From a virus, in the IMG/VR virus record IMGVR_UViG_3300031251_000003, positions 32,001-96,000 of that record: a stretch of 64,000 nucleotides of DNA; one strand, given 5' to 3'. The position numbers and the translations under genes are program-made. Shown here one piece after another: positions 27,540 to 36,339 of the stretch. Under the pieces are notes generated by a model. The model was not told the origin of the DNA and made no database searches. It saw only the letters and a program-made list of their open reading frames with translations. Numbering within the stretch: the stretch's first letter is position 1; the number at the start of each line of letters is the position of its first letter.

Positions 27540-27602
27540 AGGACAGATAATACTAATATTTATTATTCTACATAAGGGATAATGATTGAGGGAGAAATTT
27601 AA

Positions 27603-28157
27603 ATGATTAGAGCTAATAACGCAACCAGGGCATTCCAGAAGCGAACCATTCGCCCGCTATACGCATGGCACAGTGCTGTTCCTTATGCAGCCTTCCTTGA
27701 TACGGCAGCAGTTGGAACCGCAATCGTTTACCCTGGTCAAGTAGCAGTAAAGACCACAGGAGAGCAGATGACCGTTGCTAACGCAAAGGCCGCTGGTCTA
27801 TCTGGACTAGGATCTGATGCACCGAACTACGCAGATGTTCCGTTCGGTCTGTTTAACAACTTTATCAATGGTACCATGGATGAACTTCACGGTGGTACTG
27901 AAATTGGTGTCTGGGTTGGTGCCCGAGACGCAGTATTCGAAATTCTCGCTGGGTACAGTTCTACTGAGACTCCGCTTGATTCCGCTGTAACATGGACTTC
28001 ACTTAATGCTACTCGTGGTGGTGTCGCACTTTACGCAGGACAGGATACAGGTCGTCTTTCTAACACGCAGCCCGCAAGCGGTATCCAGGTCGCTCGATTG
28101 ATCGAAGCCGTCAGTAACACCAAGATTGTCGTCCAGCTTGTTCTCGCGGTAGCATAA
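27603..28157 (+). CDS. Capsid decoration/cement protein
   Basis: Between protease and MCP; KRTIRPLYA N-terminus as recalled for Bxz1-like phages. Confidence 0.7.
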   Translation: MIRANNATRAFQKRTIRPLYAWHSAVPYAAFLDTAAVGTAIVYPGQVAVKTTGEQMTVANAKAAGLSGLGSDAPNYADVPFGLFNNFINGTMDELHGGTEIGVWVGARDAVFEILAGYSSTETPLDSAVTWTSLNATRGGVALYAGQDTGRLSNTQPASGIQVARLIEAVSNTKIVVQLVLAVA

Positions 28158-28170
28158 GGAGATTTGAATA

Positions 28171-29139
28171 ATGTTTAATCCAAATAGAAAAGCCGTCAAG
28201 AGTGAAGACTTTGCAGCAAAGCTAGCAGGAATTCCTAAGCTATCTGACGAGCAGAAGACAAGTAAGTTACAGCAGGTTTGGGCAGCAGATACCGACCCCG
28301 GTAAGCGTGGAGCATTCCAGCGTATCGGTGAGGGTATGATTGGGCCTATCCAGATCAAGCTGAAGTATGAAGGTATCGGTCGTAACGTCCTAGTGGAAGA
28401 CCCCCTAGAGAAGGGTTACCCGACACCATATGAGGTATTCGATGATCTTGGTCAGGCTTACGTCCTTAACCAGACTGACGCCGAAGTCAAGACCACACCG
28501 TTTGAAGGTAAGTGGGTTCCGCCCACACTATTCCGTATCGCTTCATTCCCGTTCGTGCGAAAGGAAGATCAGTACTTCCTCAAGGCTAACCTTGTAGAGC
28601 ACGCACAGAACATGACGCGAGAGGCAATCATGAAGCAGGAAGATGGTCGTCTTCTAACCCTTCTAGCTTCTGCAATTACCGATTACGCAGCAAACCCGGA
28701 TCACACGATTACTCCTGACCACATCGTTGAGATTGGTGCAGGTAACCCGCTTGATCTTGTAGACTTCTACGATGCAGTCAGCCGAGTTCAGCTTCACGAA
28801 CTTGCAGTCAACAGAGTTCTACTTAACCCGGTAGATCTTCGAGATCTCTACCTCTGGGATGTTAACCAGACAGGTTGGGGCTTCAAGGATCGAGTGGTTC
28901 AGGGTGATACGATTACTGAGTTCGGTGAGTTCTCATTCCAGACTTCGATTATGGTTCCGCAGGGAACGATCTTCCTAGTCCCGGATGCCACCTTCCTCGG
29001 TGTCATGCCTATCATGTATAGTCTTGATGTCGAAGAGAACAACCAGATCGAGCAGTTCAGACGAGGTTGGGTATTCGATGAGCTTATCGGAATGATGGTT
29101 CTAAACCCCCGTGGTCTAGCAGCAATCAAGAAGGTATAG
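28171..29139 (+). CDS. Major capsid protein, Bxz1-like (HK97 fold)
   Basis: MIGPIQ..L.Y.GI.RNVL.ED, DDLGQAY, TPFEGK, LFRIASFP, MYSLDVEE, GWVFDELIGM..LNPRG match my recollection of cluster C MCP. Confidence 0.92.
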   Translation: MFNPNRKAVKSEDFAAKLAGIPKLSDEQKTSKLQQVWAADTDPGKRGAFQRIGEGMIGPIQIKLKYEGIGRNVLVEDPLEKGYPTPYEVFDDLGQAYVLNQTDAEVKTTPFEGKWVPPTLFRIASFPFVRKEDQYFLKANLVEHAQNMTREAIMKQEDGRLLTLLASAITDYAANPDHTITPDHIVEIGAGNPLDLVDFYDAVSRVQLHELAVNRVLLNPVDLRDLYLWDVNQTGWGFKDRVVQGDTITEFGEFSFQTSIMVPQGTIFLVPDATFLGVMPIMYSLDVEENNQIEQFRRGWVFDELIGMMVLNPRGLAAIKKV

Positions 29140-29160
29140 TTACCGCACATCTTAGGATGG

Positions 29161-29192
29161 AGAAAAGGCCCAGGATATCCTGGGCCTTTTCT
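29161..29192. terminator. Bidirectional intrinsic terminator (perfect 32-bp palindrome)
   Basis: AGAAAAGGCCCAGGAT|ATCCTGGGCCTTTTCT between convergent genes. Confidence 0.9.
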
Positions 29193-29215
29193 GTTTGTGG
29201 ATCTATTGGTTTGAT

Positions 29216-29422
29216 TTAGATATTTTCGTCGTAGTACGGATAAAGATCCGCAGCTACTTCGATCAACTTCTTGACCTGAGCGAGAGTCACATCAGCCTCT
29301 CCTTCAATGTCTGGGCCGAAATTGATGACGTGATGGAAGGTACGAATCTCTTCTTCGAGTTCTACCAACTTACGGCCCAATTCAGCACCACGTAGGTCTA
29401 GAGCTTCTGCTTCTATTGTCAT
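29216..29422 (-). CDS. Hypothetical protein
   Basis: ATGA-coupled to the HNH-like gene. Confidence 0.55.
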   Translation of the reverse strand: MTIEAEALDLRGAELGRKLVELEEEIRTFHHVINFGPDIEGEADVTLAQVKKLIEVAADLYPYYDENI

Positions 29423-29790
29423 TTTCCTCTTTTCTTCTTTCGGGTTTCTTTGCCTTTTTCGAGAGCCTCAAGAGAATTCTCAAGCTGAGTTACCCAAGCG
29501 ATATTATCGAGTAGGTATCCTCTTGAAGAATCAATGCGGTGAACCGAAGGAGCACTACGACGAGCGTAGTTATCTGTCTCCCACTGTCTGAAAAGACGCA
29601 GGTAGTCAGGATGGTTGGTAGCCCATTTCAAGAATGAATCTCTGTCGAGACAAGGCAAACCCAACCAGGGGCAGGTCTTTCGATCTCCCGAGAGTTTACC
29701 TCGTACGCGCCTGGACATATCATCGTATCTCTTACTGAGTAGCCCCTTCGGAGTACGATAATGTGCCTTAGCCCTGTCTTGAGTTGTCAT
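29419..29790 (-). CDS. HNH-like endonuclease (homing-type), leaderless
   Basis: PSVHRIDSSRGYLLDNIAWVTQLENS; ATG 7 nt after TATACT. Confidence 0.65.
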   Translation of the reverse strand: MTTQDRAKAHYRTPKGLLSKRYDDMSRRVRGKLSGDRKTCPWLGLPCLDRDSFLKWATNHPDYLRLFRQWETDNYARRSAPSVHRIDSSRGYLLDNIAWVTQLENSLEALEKGKETRKKKRGK

Positions 29791-29797
29791 GAGTAGA

Positions 29798-29826
29798 AGT
29801 ATAGCAAACACTACAAAGGATGTCAA
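29798..29826 (-). promoter_or_regulatory. SigA-type promoter
   Basis: TTGACA-N17-TATACT, extended TG. Confidence 0.85.
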
Positions 29827-29835
29827 CACACGGCC

Positions 29836-29845
29836 TAATAGATGA
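29836..29845 (+). promoter_or_regulatory. TAATAGATGA late-promoter-like motif
   Basis: Restarts + strand transcription after the terminator and inverted insert. Confidence 0.55.
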
Positions 29846-29874
29846 ATCGATTCACTAATTTAGAGGTAAAACCA

Positions 29875-30114
29875 ATGGCAGATACAAGAAGTGGTGTAGG
29901 TGATGCAGGTACACGAGACACTCGTGTAGACCGTCCTGATGAGGGACTTCCTGGTATCGCAACAGTTGAAAACCCAACGGCTAACCCGCCTTCCCGTGGT
30001 ACGTTTGACACCAACAAGGCTACAGGGTTTAGACTTGCTCCGAAGCCTGGTGTCATTGACACTACTTGGACGCAGGGTGGCCCAACTGACGCTGAAGTAG
30101 CAAAGCGTAGTTAA
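29875..30114 (+). CDS. Small virion/head-associated protein
   Basis: GAGG RBS before ATG 29875; late-type motif upstream. Confidence 0.6.
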   Translation: MADTRSGVGDAGTRDTRVDRPDEGLPGIATVENPTANPPSRGTFDTNKATGFRLAPKPGVIDTTWTQGGPTDAEVAKRS

Positions 30115-30136
30115 GTAAGAATAAAAGGAGGAAATT

Positions 30137-30673
30137 ATGAGTGATGTAAATCTAGAGGACAAGAACAAGGAAGAGCTACTTGAGATTGCTCGTGAACAGG
30201 ATCTAGAAGGTCGTTCCAGCATGAACAAGGCAGATCTTGTCGAAGCACTTGGTAATCAAGGAGATGGGAGTGTAAGTGAAGGCGGCACCGAAGTACGTGA
30301 TGCCGAAGATCTTCTTACTCCTACTGGCCCTGGAACGGAAAATGATCAAGCAGAAAGCGAAGGTGCTCAAGAACGATTAGACACTGTTAAAGAAGTTTCG
30401 CCTGTAGCTGCCGATTTAGTGGCAGAAGAATTAGATTTCCAAGGCCCACTTCATATCCAGGATCCTCGTGAAAGAGTTATGACCGGCGCTGTTAGCGAAG
30501 AGCAGGCTAAGGAACAGGAAGAGTTGCTAGCTAACAAACCCGATGATTTTATTGGTGATACCACTGAGGCTGGTTTCGATACCGAGGGGAATCACATTAC
30601 AGCAAAGCGTTTGCCTGAAGTTGTTTCTGAAGAGTCTGATGAAGACTCAGTTGACTCAGAAGATCAGGACTAA
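30137..30673 (+). CDS. Rho N-terminal (HeH) domain protein, acidic
   Basis: KNKEELLEIAREQDLEGRSSMNKADLVEAL; AAGGAGG RBS. Confidence 0.8.
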   Translation: MSDVNLEDKNKEELLEIAREQDLEGRSSMNKADLVEALGNQGDGSVSEGGTEVRDAEDLLTPTGPGTENDQAESEGAQERLDTVKEVSPVAADLVAEELDFQGPLHIQDPRERVMTGAVSEEQAKEQEELLANKPDDFIGDTTEAGFDTEGNHITAKRLPEVVSEESDEDSVDSEDQD

Positions 30674-30702
30674 AACCGCCTAACAAACACGGGTGTTCTT
30701 CT

Positions 30703-30797
30703 AAACGAAACCTCCCCTTTAGGGAGGTTTCGTCTTTCTGTTAGTTTGTTTTGTACCCCGGCTCGGCCAGCAGGTACCTATCTCACTTCATCATATG
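30703..30797 (-). ncRNA. Candidate ~95-nt small RNA (or MMK minigene transcript)
   Basis: Consensus promoter upstream, only a 3-codon ORF, internal hairpin 30753-30777, terminator at the 3' end. Confidence 0.45.
30705..30733. terminator. Bidirectional intrinsic terminator
   Basis: ACGAAACCTCCC-cttta-GGGAGGTTTCGT. Confidence 0.85.
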
Positions 30798-30802
30798 GTG
30801 AT

Positions 30803-30830
30803 AGTATAGCAGATCCTCATAAAGTGTCAA
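30803..30830 (-). promoter_or_regulatory. SigA-type promoter
   Basis: TTGACA-N16-TATACT, extended TG. Confidence 0.75.
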
Positions 30831-30901
30831 GACCGATGAGGTAATCATTGAAGGATACCACCGCCCTTCTTTTACAACAGGTGGAGTCAGGGAAACAAAT
30901 A

Positions 30902-31414
30902 ATGAGCAATGCAAGTACAGCGTATTTAAGAAACGGTCGTCCTAACTCAGTCGTATTCCATTTTCAGGGGGTACGTTATAAGCTTGAGCATCGTGGGCAC
31001 CGACAAGATTCCGTAGCAGTACCCGCTGAGGCACTGAACGATGGTAACATTTCTCGCTGGATCAAGATTGGCCAGCTTGAGAAGATCACTCGTGATTCCT
31101 TTATGACATTGGGAGCACGTACAGTTGATATTTTGCCGAATGAGTTCTTGGCCCAGCCGATGCGAACCAGTCGTAACGGTGGCGCAGGCGCAGTTCCGAT
31201 GGAAAAGGCTGAAGCAGATACAGCCGGTACTTTGACACAGATCAAGGATGCCGACGTATTCAAGACTGTTCGTGAAGGAGTTTCGCCCAAGTGGGGTGGA
31301 GATCTACTTTCCACTGAAGAGGAACTTGAATCTTCCGAATTCGTCAATGCACAGACGACAACAAACAACTATCCTTCCAAGAACCGAGAAGATACTCGTG
31401 AGAGGGGATTCTAA
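30902..31414 (+). CDS. Hypothetical (probable virion-associated) protein
   Basis: ORF in the late block; ATG 30902 preferred as start. Confidence 0.6.
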   Translation: MSNASTAYLRNGRPNSVVFHFQGVRYKLEHRGHRQDSVAVPAEALNDGNISRWIKIGQLEKITRDSFMTLGARTVDILPNEFLAQPMRTSRNGGAGAVPMEKAEADTAGTLTQIKDADVFKTVREGVSPKWGGDLLSTEEELESSEFVNAQTTTNNYPSKNREDTRERGF

Positions 31415-31957
31415 ATGTCAGAAGAGAACCTATTAGATATGAGCCGTGCAGAGCTAGTACATATTGCGGCTGAACAAAAGATTGACGGCGCTAACAAGAT
31501 GAACAAGGTAGAACTTCTTGCCGCTCTAACGCCCTCTACCACAGAGGCTGAAGCAGTAGCAACTCAGGTTGCGGAAGACGTAGCTGAGGCTCCTGAGGCT
31601 CCTGTGGAGCCTACAGAGGCATCTCAGGAACCATGGATCCCTTCTCCTGAAGAGGTTCAGGCTGCTCGCGATTCTGTTGAGGCTGATGAAGAAGAGAAGG
31701 ATGAGCCTTTGCCCGCTGTTTTCTATGGCGCTCCAACAGGTCGCTGGGTACAGCAGAAAGCAGTCCTCTATACAGATGGTGTATCTGGGGTCGCTGATCT
31801 CAATCATGAAAGGGCTTATGAGTACAACGAGCGCTTTCAGTCTAGCGATTCCAACGAGCGTATCACCGGGGATGTTTCTTTAAGTGAAGCAGCTAAAGAA
31901 CAGAAGGAAGATATTGATCGACGTAGAGCAGAATACGTCAAAAGACAGAATAACTAA
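31415..31957 (+). CDS. Second Rho N-terminal (HeH) domain protein
   Basis: MSRAELVHIAAEQKIDGANKMNKVELLAAL. Confidence 0.75.
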   Translation: MSEENLLDMSRAELVHIAAEQKIDGANKMNKVELLAALTPSTTEAEAVATQVAEDVAEAPEAPVEPTEASQEPWIPSPEEVQAARDSVEADEEEKDEPLPAVFYGAPTGRWVQQKAVLYTDGVSGVADLNHERAYEYNERFQSSDSNERITGDVSLSEAAKEQKEDIDRRRAEYVKRQNN

Positions 31958-32030
31958 CAAAGAATAACTAGAAGTGGATATCCGGCCAATAACGGAGACG
32001 GGATAAAGACAACACTTCCATGGAGATAAA

Positions 32031-32612
32031 ATGGCAACTTTAGTAAAGATTAGAGGACTAGATCGAATTTCACCGTCAACCGACTCCCCGGTATCCAGGG
32101 GCTACAGAGGTTTTCGTGTGAAGTCTCAGTTCACTCAGGTTCAGGGTGGAACCAGTATGGTAAAGGCTACTTTGAGCATCACGAACCAGTTAACCGTAAC
32201 TGCTCTTACAGCGGGTACTTGGGGTAACAGCGTTACTTTCGCAACGGCTGTTGGTGGTTCTACCCCTGTTGTGGCAACAACATATGCATCAAGTACAGGT
32301 CTACCGACCATTACGGTCACGGCTCCTGCAACTGCTACATTAGCAGCTAACACATTGATCGTTAACGCAATTAACACAGACCCGCTTGCATCACAGTTCG
32401 TCGTGGCTGCTCTTGTAGGTACTGGTGCTGCTGCTAACGGTTCAACTTCGGCTGCTTTGTCAACCGGTTCCAACGGTTCTAACGGTACTCAGTACCCGAT
32501 CTGGATCCGAACGGGACAGAATGCTCCGGTAATTGTAGATATCGATGATCCTCAGAACGTTCGAATTCTTCGACGTAACTACAATCGTTTCATCTCACTA
32601 GGCGCAGCCTAA
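32031..32612 (+). CDS. Virion structural protein (sheath-like beta domain)
   Basis: T/A/G-rich; LTVTALTAGTWGNSVT...IVNAIN motif. Confidence 0.6.
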   Translation: MATLVKIRGLDRISPSTDSPVSRGYRGFRVKSQFTQVQGGTSMVKATLSITNQLTVTALTAGTWGNSVTFATAVGGSTPVVATTYASSTGLPTITVTAPATATLAANTLIVNAINTDPLASQFVVAALVGTGAAANGSTSAALSTGSNGSNGTQYPIWIRTGQNAPVIVDIDDPQNVRILRRNYNRFISLGAA

Positions 32613-32624
32613 GGAATTAAGGAT

Positions 32625-32654
32625 ATCCCTGCTGATCCACAAGTCAGCAGGGAT
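32625..32654 (+). terminator. Intrinsic terminator-like hairpin
   Basis: ATCCCTGCTGA-N8-TCAGCAGGGAT followed by TT. Confidence 0.65.
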
Positions 32655-32680
32655 TTACCTCTCTTCGGGAGTAGATTATA

Positions 32681-33283
32681 ATGCCTAAACTCAATTACTA
32701 TAATACTCATGATCTAATGGTGAAGGAAGCTCATGGTTCACAAACCAAGACCCTGGCTGTTCTTCACGAAACTGTTAGTCCTGATATCGCTGGACTCTCA
32801 GATATTACCGGAGTTGAGAACTATCTAGCTTCGATTGGATATGGTATCCATGGTATGACTGATCTAGAAGGTCATATGGCCTGGGCTTATGGATTAGGTA
32901 ATGCAATCTTCTGGCAGGCCGGTGGAGTCAATGAGATGTCTATCGGCATCGAGCAAGTGAGTTATATTCCTGCTCAACTTGCAAACAAGAGTATCACGCT
33001 AGCGCAGGCTAAGGCTAGGTGGCAGGCTAGAGATAAGCAACTTCACGCCACGGCTAAGCTACTTGCTTGCTGGCATAACGTATCTCCCACGAATCATCGA
33101 CTTGAATACGTTGATGGTACGGGTACTCACAAGGGCGTCACATCTCATTGGGACGTATCCCAGCATCATCCTGAGTCTGAGGGCCATACGGATTGTTGGC
33201 CTGTACCTCATGGTGGCTACTATCCTATTCTTGAAGTGATCGACTTCGCTAAGACGTACGCGAAGCTGAACTATCACTTCTAG
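32681..33283 (+). CDS. N-acetylmuramoyl-L-alanine amidase (Amidase_2), probable endolysin
   Basis: AVLHET, SIGIE, TSHWDV, GHTDC. Confidence 0.8.
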   Translation: MPKLNYYNTHDLMVKEAHGSQTKTLAVLHETVSPDIAGLSDITGVENYLASIGYGIHGMTDLEGHMAWAYGLGNAIFWQAGGVNEMSIGIEQVSYIPAQLANKSITLAQAKARWQARDKQLHATAKLLACWHNVSPTNHRLEYVDGTGTHKGVTSHWDVSQHHPESEGHTDCWPVPHGGYYPILEVIDFAKTYAKLNYHF

Positions 33284-33358
33284 AGAACATCTAGCAGTCT
33301 CTCCACGGTTTAAAACTATTACAGTTTTGTTTAAATCGGGATCTTCTAGATCGTCTGC

Positions 33359-34132
33359 TTAGACTGGATTAGAGTCGGCCAGAAAGTGCCAGGGAATGTT
33401 GAATTCCTTTGCAACCATCTTGGCCAATGCCTGCACACCAGATCTCTCAGTCTTATCATGACCGAGGGCCAGAACGTTCATCTTTAGATCCCGCGCAAGG
33501 TAGAGTGTCGGTTCAGCAGGCTCACCAGTAACGAAGGTATCAAACCCGTCACGATGAGCCTGCACTACGTAATGAGCCGCACCCCCAGCAATCACAGAAA
33601 TCTTTTTGGCACCGATGTTACCGAAGTTGTAAAGAGTTCCTTCTCTATCACTTAAACCAAGTGCAGTGCTAAGCTTCGCATACAATGACGGAAGGAAGTA
33701 AGGTTCCTTTAGCTCGCCTCCCCAACCGATATCGGCCCAAGGCTTGAGCTTCTTTAGACCTAGCGCCTTAGCAAGAAGAACGTTATTACCAATCTTAGGA
33801 TGGGCATCGAGAGCTAGATGATAACCCAGAAGGGTAATCCCATACTGTTCTAGGAGATCGATGCGGCCACCAACACGTTCATCGAGGATACGAGATTCAT
33901 TGTTCCAGAACATGCCATGGTGAACGATAAGGAGATCAGCGTCAGCAGCAGCGGTTCGCTCAATGATATCTTTCGATACACTGACGGCACAAGCAACCTT
34001 TCTAACTTCATCCTTACCCTGGAACTGTAGACCCATTGGCCCGTAGTCGGGAAAGGAGTGAAGCTTCAAGATATCGTTACAGAATGATGTAATGTTATCT
34101 CTGGGCGTGGCTCGCATTCCTGAATCAGCCAC
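33359..34132 (-). CDS. Nif3/YbgI (DUF34) dinuclear metal protein
   Basis: DYGPMGLQ, LLIVHHG, YHLALDAHP..GNN, FVTGE, LGHDKTE. Start GTG 34132 with AAGGAG RBS. Confidence 0.9.
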   Translation of the reverse strand: MADSGMRATPRDNITSFCNDILKLHSFPDYGPMGLQFQGKDEVRKVACAVSVSKDIIERTAAADADLLIVHHGMFWNNESRILDERVGGRIDLLEQYGITLLGYHLALDAHPKIGNNVLLAKALGLKKLKPWADIGWGGELKEPYFLPSLYAKLSTALGLSDREGTLYNFGNIGAKKISVIAGGAAHYVVQAHRDGFDTFVTGEPAEPTLYLARDLKMNVLALGHDKTERSGVQALAKMVAKEFNIPWHFLADSNPV

Positions 34133-34307
34133 GGTCGACCCACTCCTTGTGCCAGCGCTCGACCACTTCGACAAGCGCAGCGGCGCACTCTCCGGTCGCG
34201 GCGATCTGAACGTCAATCACCACGTCCGGGTCGGCATCCGTACCGCGTCCAACAGCCATGCCGAACTCGCCGCCGCTTTCGCGGACGACTGCGAGCAGAC
34301 TCGTCAT
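34125..34307 (-). CDS. Hypothetical protein (GC-rich segment)
   Basis: ATGA-coupled chain. Confidence 0.55.
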   Translation of the reverse strand: MTSLLAVVRESGGEFGMAVGRGTDADPDVVIDVQIAATGECAAALVEVVERWHKEWVDRG

Positions 34308-34612
34308 GCGAACACCCGGATGCCATCGTCGGGCGCTTCGCCCGCGAGAACCTGGCGCTCTGCCTGCGCCTCGCGTTCAAGCCATTCAACCGGGCGACCA
34401 ACGATGTCGCCCACGACAGGACACGGCTTGTAGAAGGTCAGCGCGAAGCTGTAGCCGGGATGCGCCATCGCGGCCTGCTCGCTCGGGAAGCGCTGCGCCT
34501 GCTCAAGATCCCACGTTCCGCAGGGGCCGATGGCCGTCCAGGTCATCAGGTAGCCGATGCGCTCGGGCGCTTTCAAGTCCTGCTGCGCCAGCACGTATTC
34601 GGTGTCAGGCAC
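34304..34612 (-). CDS. Hypothetical protein (GC-rich segment)
   Basis: GAGG RBS; coupled. Confidence 0.6.
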   Translation of the reverse strand: MPDTEYVLAQQDLKAPERIGYLMTWTAIGPCGTWDLEQAQRFPSEQAAMAHPGYSFALTFYKPCPVVGDIVGRPVEWLEREAQAERQVLAGEAPDDGIRVFA

Positions 34613-34835
34613 GGGACTTCCTCGGTTTCCGTGGCCCGAAGTCGCGCACCCAGCCGGGTCGCGCGCCGAGCCTGACGTAGAACCGGCGCTCGCCGGGATA
34701 GGCGTGGTTCGTGAAGTAGCACCAGTGGGTCAGGTTCACCGCGAACTCGTTGCCGTGCCGCGAAAAGCGCCAGAGCGTCAGCCCTCTCACGAACGCGAAC
34801 AGCGACTCTCCGGGCGTGGTTGGCAGACGGTTCAT
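34605..34835 (-). CDS. Hypothetical protein (GC-rich segment)
   Basis: ATGA-coupled to the upstream gene. Confidence 0.5.
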   Translation of the reverse strand: MNRLPTTPGESLFAFVRGLTLWRFSRHGNEFAVNLTHWCYFTNHAYPGERRFYVRLGARPGWVRDFGPRKPRKSRA

Positions 34836-35350
34836 CTGTCCATCCTGATCTCGTAGCGGTGACCCTCGTAATGCCCCTCGTCAAGCAGGCAACGCTCACC
34901 CTCAACACTGGCTGGGCATCGAGCAGGAAGCACCTGCTCTGTCGCTTGCTTTGATTCAAACGTATTACTGATCTGTTCTCGCCAGTCCTCCCCAAAGAGT
35001 TCTTCAATAGAGAGAATGAGATCGTGAAGATCCCACGCCTCATCGATTAGCCTCAAGATACGACCATTCGCATCGGCCCAATCCTGTAGAGACTGATTAC
35101 GAATCTCTCTACTAGTTCGTTCAACATCCTTAGCCTCAACAATAGCCACGAGAGAACGAGCATTCTTGACCTTAGATATCGGATTACTGTGATTCGCATG
35201 AGTCTCTCGTTTGATATGAAAGGTTCCGCCTTGTACTTTGGTAATTGTACCAATAGCGAGATCCCCAGAGTAGTTGAACGCTACACGAACACCCTCAACT
35301 AACTGTCTACCACGAATATCAATCATAGTCTGCACAATCATAGTCTTCAT
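34832..35350 (-). CDS. Hypothetical protein, SH3-like N-terminus and C-terminal C..C..H..H motif
   Basis: RCPAS...RCLLDEGHYEGH falls in the GC-rich part, so the gene may be chimeric. Confidence 0.6.
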   Translation of the reverse strand: MKTMIVQTMIDIRGRQLVEGVRVAFNYSGDLAIGTITKVQGGTFHIKRETHANHSNPISKVKNARSLVAIVEAKDVERTSREIRNQSLQDWADANGRILRLIDEAWDLHDLILSIEELFGEDWREQISNTFESKQATEQVLPARCPASVEGERCLLDEGHYEGHRYEIRMDR

Positions 35351-35567
35351 CTTTCTTGATTTGGAAAGCTACCTCATCGGGCCAGAGATCGACAAAGACC
35401 TGTAAGAGTCGCTCTTTTCTCATCCTAACCCAGGCACTTTCTTTGCCATCGACATATAGTTGAATCTTTACCATATCTGCTTCACCCTCATCCATAACTG
35501 AGAAGAAATCTAAAGTGTTCTCAGGAAGCTTTTTAAGGATAATCTGTCGTTTGACTATATTAGCCAC
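35319..35567 (-). CDS. Hypothetical protein
   Basis: Coupled chain. Confidence 0.55.
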   Translation of the reverse strand: MANIVKRQIILKKLPENTLDFFSVMDEGEADMVKIQLYVDGKESAWVRMRKERLLQVFVDLWPDEVAFQIKKDEDYDCADYD

Positions 35568-35928
35568 GGCCCTTTACCTCAGGATGGTGCCAGCAGTTAT
35601 AGGCGTCAGGGGAATTACATCTCGTACAGCGAAGAATGTGACGAGTTTGATTATTCCTCCGAGGACGAGTCAGGAAGGTAGCGGATCCACCCTTGCTTAG
35701 GTAAAACTCGTGAGGGCCAGGAACACGCTTCTCTCCGGTATACTCAAATCCTGAAGGGGCATCGTTGAAGTCAGTGAATCCGTCTTCAACCGGGCGCTCA
35801 ATTACGCGGTCACCTTTACCGTCGTTGTATCCCATCTCGTAATGAGACTCGGTAACCAGTGAAGCGTTAGCTGCCTTTCCTTCCTTGCCATCCTCATATC
35901 CAAGGTTATAGAGATCATCCGGGTTCAT
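35560..35928 (-). CDS. Rmf-like motif protein with C-terminal extension
   Basis: LYNLGYEDGKEG...HYEMGYNDGKGDR. Confidence 0.7.
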   Translation of the reverse strand: MNPDDLYNLGYEDGKEGKAANASLVTESHYEMGYNDGKGDRVIERPVEDGFTDFNDAPSGFEYTGEKRVPGPHEFYLSKGGSATFLTRPRRNNQTRHILRCTRCNSPDAYNCWHHPEVKGRG

Positions 35929-36146
35929 TACTTATCCTTCCTATGGAAAGGCCCAAAGGTGACCAGAATAGCCAAGGGGACATAGACCAGAGCAACAACA
36001 CAAGCCACACTCCCAGCGGTCACCATGGAGCTATCTTTGGTAAAAACCATGATGGCGATTCCCACGATAGCGGCCCCGACAATTGGCAGTACATCTCTCT
36101 TCCAAGAGCCTGCCTCACCCCAGATTTTCCATGCTGTAAAGTTCAT
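35928..36146 (-). CDS. Small two-TM membrane protein
   Basis: Two hydrophobic segments; GAAAGGA RBS. Confidence 0.65.
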   Translation of the reverse strand: MNFTAWKIWGEAGSWKRDVLPIVGAAIVGIAIMVFTKDSSMVTAGSVACVVALVYVPLAILVTFGPFHRKDK

Positions 36147-36156
36147 CTCATCCTTT

Positions 36157-36339
36157 CTAGAAAAGTCTTACGGCTTCCATTATACCAATAATGGGCCAAA
36201 GAATCAAGTTAATTGTGACTGTTGTTGCGATGAATAGATGGACGAGAAACGGAACACTGAAACTGAATGTACAGGTACCTCCACCCACGACAGGGAACTT
36301 GAAACCAAACAGTGGAGATCCCTTAAATAGATCTCTCAT
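36157..36339 (-). CDS. Small membrane protein
   Basis: Hydrophobic C-terminal half. Confidence 0.5.
   Translation of the reverse strand: MRDLFKGSPLFGFKFPVVGGGTCTFSFSVPFLVHLFIATTVTINLILWPIIGIMEAVRLF

Larger units (their letters stand above)
34120..34945. mobile_element. High-GC horizontally acquired segment with three small ORFs
   Basis: Hand counts of 37, 42 and 44 GC per 60-nt line versus 27/60 in a flanking line; no integrase seen. Confidence 0.7.

Noticed and set aside
1-33283. Terminase or portal genes
   Set aside because: No Walker A/RNase H terminase or portal-like ORF recognised; they probably lie outside the window.
34092-35043. Multiple overlapping + strand and alternative ORFs in the GC-rich segment
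   Set aside because: Expected in high-GC DNA; only the coupled minus-strand chain has RBS/overlap support.
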